Source: an uncultured Bacilli bacterium (GTDB taxonomy: Bacteria > Bacillota_I > Bacilli_A > RFN20 > CAG-826). Taken from it: DNA of 64,000 nucleotides. The stretch spans positions 9,078-73,077 of the forward strand of contig CALVXK010000004.1 in assembly GCA_944369075.1 (NCBI GenBank), given 5' to 3'. The notes below the pieces were generated by a model. The model was not told where the DNA came from. It saw nothing but the letters and a program-made list of their open reading frames with translations, and made no database searches. Shown in pieces: positions 28,753-37,998 of this stretch. How positions within the stretch are numbered: position 1 is the stretch's first letter; each line of letters opens with the position of its first letter. Position numbers and translations under genes: made by a program.

Positions 28753-31700
28753 ATGAAAAGTCATCAAAAACTAGTTTTATTTTTATCAGCATCATTCTTA
28801 GCGATTACAACAATGCTTTATAATCCTTATTTATATAAACTTAATGAGGTTGAAAACAAAGATAATGTGAGTCAAAATGATAATGACTTAAATTTTAATA
28901 ATGAAAATATTTTAGAAGAAACTAATTCTTATGAACTAGATCAAATTAAGACTATTACTACTACTTTTTTTAATTCATTAAACGATAAAAATACATACTT
29001 TTTTGAACCTAATAAATCTTATATTGAAAATAAAATTAATCACTCCAAATTAATTTTAAATGGTGAACTTAATTTTGATTCTACTTCTTTATCTTCTTAT
29101 AACTTAAATGGAATATATTCTTACTCTAATTCAAAAGAATTTATTAATTTAACATTAACTAAAGAATCAAATTTAACTTCTTTAACTATCAATAATTCAT
29201 CTAACGTATTAGTAAAGAAAAATAAAGATATTAATTCTACTTTTGCTTTCTTTGAAGGTAGTTTAAAAGAAGAAAATCCATATTCATCTAAATCTTTAGG
29301 AAGAAGTAATTTAGATATGTTAAACTCTTCTTCTTTAGGTCTAACTACAATATTTAACGAAGCATTTATTGAACTACAAACTAATAATGAAGATGAAATA
29401 GCTATTTCTTATATTGATTCACTTAATGAATATAAGATTGATACTTCTTCTTATTCCTTATATTTTGATAGTTCTTATAATTTAAAAAGATTAACAAATA
29501 ATTCTTCTTTATCAAAAGCTAGATCTAAAGCATCTAATTTTGATATAGATTTATCTTTTGCTAATAAAATTAATAGTGTTGATGATTTAATTAATGAAGC
29601 TTCATCTATTTTTGATACCTTATTTGAATATTTAAAAGGTACAAGTTTATCGTCATTACTTGATATAACTTTAGATGATTCAAAAAATAATAAAACATTC
29701 CACTTTGTTGGAGATATGTCTCTTGATTTTACTAACTATGATTTAGCAGATAATGGTATTATTGATTTAAATTTAAAACATTACACTAATGGAAATACTG
29801 CTAATGATATATTTTTAAGATATCAAGATACTGATATATTCTTTAAAGATGGGGATTTAATTCAAGGAAGAATGGAAGATAAAACAATAAGGGAAACTAT
29901 TAAATCTTTAGATAATCTTCTTGATAATAATCTTATTAGCCAATATATTGATAACCCATTAAATAACATATTTAATAATGATGATTTTAAAGATATTTTC
30001 GATAGCATCGAAAATATAGATTTACATTTACTATCTTTATTTGATTCATTAAAGAATTTAGAAGTTAGACATAATGTTATTTCTTTTGATATGGATGGAT
30101 CTAACTTTAATCTTCCATCTAATTTAATTCATTTTGAAATTGGTTTAGCAAATTTAAAACTTAAAACTATCAAAATATCTAATTTGAAAGTAAATGATGA
30201 TATAAATCTTGATCTCAAAGTTAGAATCATGCCTTTTAAAAACTTATTAGACTTAGATTTAAACGATTATCCTTCTTATGACTTTATTCCTGGAGCTCTT
30301 GATTCGATTGATAGACTTCTTAGAACAAAAAAACTAGGTGGTTCTCTTTCTTTAGATGTTATTTCTAAAGATGGGGCTCATACTTTAATAAGTAGTGATA
30401 TTGACACTAATTTAAGTAAAGTTGACTTTAGTAATCTTGAAACAATTTCTGATGCTGATCTCGCGCTAACTAATATTACAATAAATGATGTTGATAAAGA
30501 TGGTAATCCAACAACCATTCAACAAGTTTTAGATAAATTCTTACCTTTAAGTATTAGAGTTGAAGAAGACGTTGATGATGCAAGAAATTTATTCTTAGAT
30601 ATTGAAGGCGATAATTTACTTACAATGCTTTTCGGGCATTATTTTAAGTTTGATTTAGATGCTCTTGATTCACTTTTAGGTCAAGTAGGAGGAATTTCCC
30701 CAGATTTAATTAATAGTATTTTATCCTTACTTGGACTTGGTGATTTAGATTTAAGTAATATTGAAAATTTATTCGATACACTTATTTCACTGATTGGTTC
30801 TTTTGGTTCTAATGAGCAAATAGAAAAAATAATTAAAAAAGTCACTGAAGATTATTCTTTGCTAGCTCTAAAAGAATTAGCTGGAGAATATCCATTCATT
30901 TATAATGATGGCTATAACTTTGTCATTAATATTAATCCAGAAGTTCTTCTTGGCTTTGACATGGATACAACTTATGGAGATGTAACAACTTCTTCTACAT
31001 CCTATGTTCCACCAACGATTTCCTTCTCATGGAATACAACCTATAATCGATTAAATAGTATCTTCATTAGTATGGAAATTCCTGAAATATACAATTTAGA
31101 TGCACATGTAGTTCAATTTTCATATCATTATGATTACTTTAATTCAGCAAATTTCCTCACTGATTCTGAAAAAGGTGAATATAAAGAGCCAATAACTTTT
31201 GGCATGCAAATTGTTGATTTTTTCAAAGCAAAACATTCTTTGTTAACGCCTAATAAATATGATTTAAATTTAGATCTTAATGGAACAAAAGATTTAGTTG
31301 ATGCTACTTTAGGTTTAAAAGATAACAAATACGCTGAAGGAAAAGTAAAAATTAATACTCAGTCCTCAATATTTAATAATCCTGAATTCCAATTTATTTA
31401 TGATAATCGATACAAAGAAAATCTTGCTAAATTTTCTAGCATAAACAAACGTTATTTTGATGGAAATGTAATTTATGAAGATATTATAAGTGGATTGGAA
31501 AAATTTAAAGAAGGCACTTTACAAGCAAATGTTAAACTAGATACTGTTCAAAATTCTCAATCTACATTAAAAATTTATTCAAGCGCAAATTCCTTGTTTG
31601 ATATCGTCACAAATATTTTAGATATTTCATCTGATAATATTTTATACCCATATGTTAAAAAACTTTTAACATTAATCGAAAATTTATTCTCAGGTAATAA

Positions 31701-33492
31701 CATTCTTATTTTCCAACTTCTACAATCAGGCGATTACTTAAAATTAATTGACCAAAAATATATTAAGAATATAAATTACTCAATAACAAATTCCAATGTT
31801 TCTTTAAGGTTGGAATTAAATCCTTTACTTTTTGATTCTCCTAATTCAACAACTAATTACGACAAAAATTTTGTTATTGATTTATCTTTTGATTACATTA
31901 AAGAAGAAACTAACTCCTATCAAATAACATTAAAGCATTTACTAATAGATGCACCTGTTCTATCTAAAATTAATAATTTTAAGTTAGAGTTAAAAGACAC
32001 AGAAGAAAAATTTCACGAACCTTTAGAATCAGAATCCGGCTCTTCTACTTCTTATAGTGTCTTAGACAATACTTTTGAGGCATATGATCCTAATAAAAAA
32101 GATGAATATGTAAATTTAGATGACGTTAAAAAACTTGTCCAAATGGGAATTAATACAACTGAGTATAAATATTTTGAATTAAAGGGAAAATTAGATTTAA
32201 GCATGTATCTTGATATTCCCGTAATAGGAAGTTGGGTGGACTTTTCAAAACTTTTAGAACCCCAATATGTTACAGCTAAAATACAGTTAATGAAACCTAA
32301 AGACAGTGATTTATACTCGCAAACTCGTGCTCATGTCACCATAGATAGAAATAATTATGGTCTATTTTCAAACGAATCTCGTTACGTTGAATATTTCACT
32401 GAAAGAAATGAAAATGGTGAAGAAATTGCATATATTTCTTCTATTACTGGAAGAAGAAAATCAGAAGAAAGCGTTCTTGTTGAAGATTCTAAACTAGTTG
32501 AAACTATAGACAAAACTGATAATTCTCTTCTCGAAACTGACCTTTCTATTCAATACCCAAACCATAAAATAGATAGAATTAACAATGGAGAACAAGAGAT
32601 ATATTCAAATAAAGGGAATAAAAAAGCAAGAGATAGAGAGTTTGATCGTTTACAATCCGAACATCCTGAATGGACACTAAGAAAAGATTCCCAATTCGTA
32701 TTCGACTGGTTTTCTTCATATACTAAGTACCAAATTTTCAAATCTTATTATAGATACACTGTACAAACATACCCAAAATATGAAATAATCCCTGAACACA
32801 ACGAATACAGTGTTGAAACTTTTAAAGTAACACAAAGCGAACTTCTTGGAAGTGTTAATAATATTCCTAATCTTGTTTATTACTTACTAGATTATTCACT
32901 TATGGGAAAATTAGGTGGATTAGGAAGCCTTTTAAGCAGAGAAAACTTAATCGGAATCATCAATTATCAAATTTCATCACAAACAACTTCAAACGAAGAA
33001 AGTGAAAGTATTGACTTTATTTCTTCTATAGGAAACTTTCAAACATCTGATAATAGTTTTTCAATGAATTTAAATTTATATAATCTCTTAAAAATGGATG
33101 GCTTCAAAGGTCTAAATGTTTCCCTTCATTTTAATGAAGATAATAATGGCGTTCCTTTACTTGAATCATTAATTATAGTAGGTTCAGGTACTGATAATAA
33201 GATTCTCGAGGATTTCAATTCCATTGATGCGTCTTTAAAATTTGAAGCAGTTGCTTCTTTGAAAAAAGAAGTTACAAACGAATTTGATAGATATGACGCT
33301 TTTATAAACGCATTTAAAAATAGCGAAAATACTAAAGATCTCGATTATCACCAAATTATCGGATATAACGAAGATACTGCTTTATTTTTTGTTAATACAA
33401 AACTCGTTCAGACAAACGGATTAAAAGCAAACTTAACAGTTTCTGCCTTAGAAACCGGGATTAATGCTGGATTTATTTATGGCTTAGAATAA
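28753..33492 (+). CDS. giant (1579 aa) Asn/Asp/Ser/Leu-rich secreted or surface protein, unknown function
   Basis: N-terminal signal or anchor sequence LVLFLSASFLAITTML without a lipobox Cys. No LPXTG, no C-terminal TM, no recognisable catalytic motif. Confidence 0.6.
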   Translation: MKSHQKLVLFLSASFLAITTMLYNPYLYKLNEVENKDNVSQNDNDLNFNNENILEETNSYELDQIKTITTTFFNSLNDKNTYFFEPNKSYIENKINHSKLILNGELNFDSTSLSSYNLNGIYSYSNSKEFINLTLTKESNLTSLTINNSSNVLVKKNKDINSTFAFFEGSLKEENPYSSKSLGRSNLDMLNSSSLGLTTIFNEAFIELQTNNEDEIAISYIDSLNEYKIDTSSYSLYFDSSYNLKRLTNNSSLSKARSKASNFDIDLSFANKINSVDDLINEASSIFDTLFEYLKGTSLSSLLDITLDDSKNNKTFHFVGDMSLDFTNYDLADNGIIDLNLKHYTNGNTANDIFLRYQDTDIFFKDGDLIQGRMEDKTIRETIKSLDNLLDNNLISQYIDNPLNNIFNNDDFKDIFDSIENIDLHLLSLFDSLKNLEVRHNVISFDMDGSNFNLPSNLIHFEIGLANLKLKTIKISNLKVNDDINLDLKVRIMPFKNLLDLDLNDYPSYDFIPGALDSIDRLLRTKKLGGSLSLDVISKDGAHTLISSDIDTNLSKVDFSNLETISDADLALTNITINDVDKDGNPTTIQQVLDKFLPLSIRVEEDVDDARNLFLDIEGDNLLTMLFGHYFKFDLDALDSLLGQVGGISPDLINSILSLLGLGDLDLSNIENLFDTLISLIGSFGSNEQIEKIIKKVTEDYSLLALKELAGEYPFIYNDGYNFVININPEVLLGFDMDTTYGDVTTSSTSYVPPTISFSWNTTYNRLNSIFISMEIPEIYNLDAHVVQFSYHYDYFNSANFLTDSEKGEYKEPITFGMQIVDFFKAKHSLLTPNKYDLNLDLNGTKDLVDATLGLKDNKYAEGKVKINTQSSIFNNPEFQFIYDNRYKENLAKFSSINKRYFDGNVIYEDIISGLEKFKEGTLQANVKLDTVQNSQSTLKIYSSANSLFDIVTNILDISSDNILYPYVKKLLTLIENLFSGNNILIFQLLQSGDYLKLIDQKYIKNINYSITNSNVSLRLELNPLLFDSPNSTTNYDKNFVIDLSFDYIKEETNSYQITLKHLLIDAPVLSKINNFKLELKDTEEKFHEPLESESGSSTSYSVLDNTFEAYDPNKKDEYVNLDDVKKLVQMGINTTEYKYFELKGKLDLSMYLDIPVIGSWVDFSKLLEPQYVTAKIQLMKPKDSDLYSQTRAHVTIDRNNYGLFSNESRYVEYFTERNENGEEIAYISSITGRRKSEESVLVEDSKLVETIDKTDNSLLETDLSIQYPNHKIDRINNGEQEIYSNKGNKKARDREFDRLQSEHPEWTLRKDSQFVFDWFSSYTKYQIFKSYYRYTVQTYPKYEIIPEHNEYSVETFKVTQSELLGSVNNIPNLVYYLLDYSLMGKLGGLGSLLSRENLIGIINYQISSQTTSNEESESIDFISSIGNFQTSDNSFSMNLNLYNLLKMDGFKGLNVSLHFNEDNNGVPLLESLIIVGSGTDNKILEDFNSIDASLKFEAVASLKKEVTNEFDRYDAFINAFKNSENTKDLDYHQIIGYNEDTALFFVNTKLVQTNGLKANLTVSALETGINAGFIYGLE

Positions 33493-33493
33493 A

Positions 33494-34726
33494 CTATTTC
33501 TTTAAGATTTTAGCTAAGCCGCCAATACTTGTTTCTTTATAAGAAGGATCAATATCATCACCGGTCATCTTCATTGTTTTTATAACATCGTCATAAGAAA
33601 CTCGATTTTGTCTAAGTGGTGCAATATTTTTAGCGTATAAATAAGAAGCATAACTTCTTAAAACACCAATTCCATTTCTTTCAATACAAGGAATTTGAAC
33701 ATAACCTTCTACTGGATCGCATGTAAGACCTAAAAAATGCTCTAATGCCACTTCACTAGCATATTCAATTTGATATATTGAAAGATTATTTAAGTAAGAT
33801 AAAATTGCTGCACCCATTGAAGAAGCAACACCAATCTCAGCTTGGCAACCATCCATAGCTCCAGAAATTGATGCATTTTGTTTTGCAAGTAATCCAAAGA
33901 AAGCACCGACTTTTAAAGAATTTATTAGTTTTTCATCGTTAGTATTTAAATATTTTTTATAGTAATAAAGAATTGATGGAATAATTCCAGCACTTCCACA
34001 CGTTGGAGCTGTAACAATCATCTTTCCATCAGCATTATTTTCGCTTACTGCATAGGAAAAAGAAGAAAGTAACATTTCTTTTCTTTCAGCAACATCATTA
34101 ATATTTAATGCATTTTCATACATTTTCTTAGCAACTTTATTAAGTTTTAATGTTCCTGGTAGAACTCCTTCTAAAGATAAACCAATTTCTACTGACTTAA
34201 GCATCTTATTTAAAATATCTAATAGATAAGAATTTATGTCTTTATCTTCAAAAATATCAGCTACTTGAGATAAATCATCAATCTTATTTTCTTTTACATA
34301 TTTTTTAATGTCATCAAAAGAAGAAAATGGATAAATATATTCTTTCTTCTTTCTTAAAGATAAATCGTCTTTAACTATTTCTCCTCCACCTACAGAAAAA
34401 TATTTATTAGATATAGTTTTATTTTTATCGTTATATCCTACAAAAAGCATTGTATTTGGATGAACTAGGTTTCTTTCGTCTACATTAAAAAATACATCGC
34501 ATTTAATATTAAATTCTTTTTCAATAGTATCTTTTATAATCTTATCTGTACCATGTCCTTTACCAGTTAAAGCTAAAGAACCATATAATGTAACTTCAAT
34601 TTTAGAAAAATTGAAGTTACCTATATTAGATTTAATAAAATCTAATGATGCTCTATAAGGTCCAATTGTATGAGAAGATGAAGGACCAGGTCCATAAATA
34701 TATAAATTTCTAATTGAATCTAACAT
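33494..34726 (-). CDS. sdaA: L-serine dehydratase, single-chain iron-sulfur type
   Basis: N-terminal GPGPSSSHTIGP and conserved CGSAG and GCQAEIG segments match SdaA-type serine dehydratases. Confidence 0.8.
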   Translation of the reverse strand: MLDSIRNLYIYGPGPSSSHTIGPYRASLDFIKSNIGNFNFSKIEVTLYGSLALTGKGHGTDKIIKDTIEKEFNIKCDVFFNVDERNLVHPNTMLFVGYNDKNKTISNKYFSVGGGEIVKDDLSLRKKKEYIYPFSSFDDIKKYVKENKIDDLSQVADIFEDKDINSYLLDILNKMLKSVEIGLSLEGVLPGTLKLNKVAKKMYENALNINDVAERKEMLLSSFSYAVSENNADGKMIVTAPTCGSAGIIPSILYYYKKYLNTNDEKLINSLKVGAFFGLLAKQNASISGAMDGCQAEIGVASSMGAAILSYLNNLSIYQIEYASEVALEHFLGLTCDPVEGYVQIPCIERNGIGVLRSYASYLYAKNIAPLRQNRVSYDDVIKTMKMTGDDIDPSYKETSIGGLAKILKK

Positions 34727-34731
34727 AACTA

Positions 34732-35721
34732 CTACTCTTTTTTCTCTATATTATTATAACGTTCTCCCATCTCCCTTATCTTAATAATAAGATGGTTAAC
34801 ATTAGATTTAGATATATTCATATTTAATTCTTTAGACATTAAAGAAGCTAAATCACTATAAGAAGATTCCGGATATTCTAATCTTAACTTACATAATGTT
34901 TTAAGTTTAACGTTTTGTATATTGTTAATTCCAAAAAACTCATCGATATTTTTAATAGTTTCAATTAGTTTCTCACTATTACTAATTGATTTATTATAAT
35001 TATACATATCTAGGTTTGTTTGCCTATTAGTATAATTTTTAAAGTCACGGTCAAGTCTAAATCCTTCGTAAGTTAAAGAAGAATCATTTGCCCCTAGATA
35101 AGCAATAAAAGAAGCAATTTCATCGCTTTTTTTAAGATAAATAACATATTGATTTCTTCTTTTAATCATCTTAAAAGAGAAAACATATACTTTAATTTTT
35201 GATATTAGTTTTAAAATAGATTTAGCAAAATTTTCATCTTTAGAATATATTTCAAAATGATAATTACTACTTTTAGGATTAGAACAAGATCCACTAGATA
35301 AGAATAATCCAATTAAATATCCTCTTAACTTATCATCTTTATTAACTAATTCGGTATTAATTTTATTATCAAGAAAATCAATTTTTAATAAATCGATTAC
35401 TTCATCAATATTTGATAAAACATTAAGCAAGTACTCAGTTGATTTGTTAAATCTCATTCTTTTACGATAGGCGAAAGAAAGATTAATGTTATCAAATAAC
35501 TTCTTAAATAAACTATAAATATATTTAATTACTTTAACATCATCACTTTTAATAATAATTTTTTCGTTTTGACCAAAAACAAAATCGCCATTACATTTAA
35601 TAAAGGCGCTTAAAAGAGATATTGTAGCTTCTTTAGTTAAATCATCATTTAAAGTAAGCTCTTCTTTTATCTCTTTTGAAAATGAAATATTGTTATTTAA
35701 GCTAGATGAATCATTTGCCAT
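34732..35721 (-). CDS. whiA: DNA-binding protein WhiA
   Basis: Degenerate LAGLIDADG-like LRGYLIGLFLSSGSCSNP, and a C-terminal HTH SYSDLASLMSKELNMNISKSNVNHLIIKIREM. Confidence 0.85.
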   Translation of the reverse strand: MANDSSSLNNNISFSKEIKEELTLNDDLTKEATISLLSAFIKCNGDFVFGQNEKIIIKSDDVKVIKYIYSLFKKLFDNINLSFAYRKRMRFNKSTEYLLNVLSNIDEVIDLLKIDFLDNKINTELVNKDDKLRGYLIGLFLSSGSCSNPKSSNYHFEIYSKDENFAKSILKLISKIKVYVFSFKMIKRRNQYVIYLKKSDEIASFIAYLGANDSSLTYEGFRLDRDFKNYTNRQTNLDMYNYNKSISNSEKLIETIKNIDEFFGINNIQNVKLKTLCKLRLEYPESSYSDLASLMSKELNMNISKSNVNHLIIKIREMGERYNNIEKKE

Positions 35722-35726
35722 AAGTT

Positions 35727-36404
35727 TTATTTTAAATTATTAGTTAATTTAATAAAGCTAACTAAGTCATCGTAAGATTTTGCTTTTAGTGTAACTTTAT
35801 CAAGTATAGGTTCCAAATTTACGCGGTATCTCATAGTCATTAAAGAAGTTAAAACACCGGCGTTAATGCCTGCTAAAGCATCATAATAAGTATCACCAAC
35901 CATCATTATCTCGTCGTTATTTAATTTACATTTATCTTTTAAATAAAATATAGCATCAGGACAAGGTTTAGGATCAAATTTTGAATCACAAGTAATAAGT
36001 TCGTCAAAATAAGAAAATAAGTGAAACTTCTTTAAACAGTATGTAGTCATTTCAGTGTTTTTCGCTGTTAAAACACAAAGTTTAATATTGTTATCGTGAA
36101 AGAATTTAAGAGCTTTTTTAGCATGATTAAACAAACTTAAATCAGTATCATAATATTTTTTAGTTCTACTTCTATATTCTTTACGAATAAATTCTTTATC
36201 TTCGTAATCTTTAAAAGCATCATTAATCGCATAAGATAAAGGTGGCCCACTATATTCTGCAATCTTATTTGGATCAAAATATTCCCCGTTTTTATAAAGA
36301 TTAAATAATTCAGTCCAAGTATTTACTAAAACCTTATCTGAATCAATAATAGTTCCGTCCATATCAAAGATCATTAATTTAATCATCTTTGTTACCTTTT
36401 TCAT
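35727..36404 (-). CDS. HAD-superfamily phosphatase (PpaX-like pyrophosphatase)
   Basis: Motif I FDMDGTIID. The gene lies downstream of lgt, as in the Bacillus lgt-ppaX arrangement. Confidence 0.6.
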   Translation of the reverse strand: MKKVTKMIKLMIFDMDGTIIDSDKVLVNTWTELFNLYKNGEYFDPNKIAEYSGPPLSYAINDAFKDYEDKEFIRKEYRSRTKKYYDTDLSLFNHAKKALKFFHDNNIKLCVLTAKNTEMTTYCLKKFHLFSYFDELITCDSKFDPKPCPDAIFYLKDKCKLNNDEIMMVGDTYYDALAGINAGVLTSLMTMRYRVNLEPILDKVTLKAKSYDDLVSFIKLTNNLK

Positions 36405-37929
36405 CTTCTTTCTTGGAAGAAGATTTAATTTTAGCTAATTCGTCTTTTTCACTTATTTTAACTTTTTTATTATTAGTATTTACTGCAAGTTTAGGAGAAT
36501 ACCAAAGTATCTCTTTTTTCTTAAATACATAATTATTAATAATAAAGAAAACTACAATTAATACCCCAGCTCCTATCATTGCATAAGAAGTATAGACTGA
36601 AGTAGAGAAATAATCATTTGTAGTTCTCATAGGTTCTAAGATTGCTCTAGTAACGCCATACCAAATTAAGTATCCGCCAGCTAAAGTACCTGCACTATGA
36701 TATTTTTTAAATGCTTTTCTAAAGCCATATTCTAAAACGAAATAACCAATTAAATTCGTACAGAATTCAATAAAGAATAGGGGCATATAAATAACGTCGT
36801 TTTCTTTATAATAGTCTAATGCTACTTGACCAGTTAAAAGAGGATCTTCGCAAGGAACTACTCCTCCATGTAAATAATACATATTATTCCTTACGAATGT
36901 TGGTAGCCAAGAAAAAGCACTTTCTGGAACTAAGTAACCAAATACTTCGTTATTAAAGAAGTTACCCATTCTACCAATTGCTTGAGCAAATAAGATACAA
37001 GGAATAATAATATCGATTGCTTTTAAAATAGAGAAATTCTTATAATTTTCTCTTTTCATTGCATATTTAACAATTAAAACTTGAGAGACACCAGCAATAA
37101 TACCAAGTATTGCTCCTCCCATAATTCCAAGTCCACCATCTCTAAAATTAAAGATGTTTACCCAGTTAGAACCAGTAAATGTTGTTTCACCTTTAGAAAC
37201 GGATAAAACTACATACCAAATTCTTGCTCCAATAACCCCGGCTGGAAAGCCAACTAAGAATGTATTGGTAATTAAATCATGCTTACCATATTCTTTAAAT
37301 AACTTATAATCAGCAACAAAAAGAACTAAACACGCACCAAAAATAATAAATATTGCATATAAATAAATAGTTATGCCATCACTAAATTCTTTACCATAAT
37401 CATAAACATTTATTATTTTTATACCCTTTGCACCAATATATAAACTATTGGCTAAAGGATATTCTAAGTAAGGAGCATGTCCTTCTGAATAAATATAAAA
37501 AGAAGCAACAGCAACAATAATAATTATTGCTAGAGCAATATGAGTATTTTTACGTTTAATCTTAAACTTATCAAAATCTAAGTATAATTTAATAAAAATA
37601 ATATAAATTAAAGCAAATAACGATAAAGCAAAGATAAAACCAAATAAGTATATAAATAAATTATGATACCAAGTAACACTTAAAGAGTTATCGCTTAAAT
37701 AATTAATCGTAACAGAATCTAAATAATAAGCGATATTAAGTAAAATAAATCCAATAACAAAAGATATTAAAGGAAGTAAATAATATATTTTATTTTTAAA
37801 TACTAATTCTTTAAATGTATTCGAATTCTCTCTTAATTTATATACTTTTGATAGTCCTAAGAATAATCCTACTATTCCAAGAAGAAGTAAGATAATTCCA
37901 ATATAATATACAATGTTATAAGTTACCAT
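36379..37929 (-). CDS. lgt: prolipoprotein diacylglyceryl transferase Lgt with a roughly 200-aa extra N-terminal membrane domain and a Lys/Glu-rich C-tail
   Basis: Lgt signature GRMGNFFNNEVFG in the C-terminal half. Total length is 516 aa against about 270 for a typical Lgt. Confidence 0.75.
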   Translation of the reverse strand: MVTYNIVYYIGIILLLLGIVGLFLGLSKVYKLRENSNTFKELVFKNKIYYLLPLISFVIGFILLNIAYYLDSVTINYLSDNSLSVTWYHNLFIYLFGFIFALSLFALIYIIFIKLYLDFDKFKIKRKNTHIALAIIIIVAVASFYIYSEGHAPYLEYPLANSLYIGAKGIKIINVYDYGKEFSDGITIYLYAIFIIFGACLVLFVADYKLFKEYGKHDLITNTFLVGFPAGVIGARIWYVVLSVSKGETTFTGSNWVNIFNFRDGGLGIMGGAILGIIAGVSQVLIVKYAMKRENYKNFSILKAIDIIIPCILFAQAIGRMGNFFNNEVFGYLVPESAFSWLPTFVRNNMYYLHGGVVPCEDPLLTGQVALDYYKENDVIYMPLFFIEFCTNLIGYFVLEYGFRKAFKKYHSAGTLAGGYLIWYGVTRAILEPMRTTNDYFSTSVYTSYAMIGAGVLIVVFFIINNYVFKKKEILWYSPKLAVNTNNKKVKISEKDELAKIKSSSKKEDEKGNKDD

Positions 37930-37998
37930 AATTTATCCCTTAAAATATTTATACTCTTTATACTACTATATGTTACACATATAGTAAAAAACTTTTAC

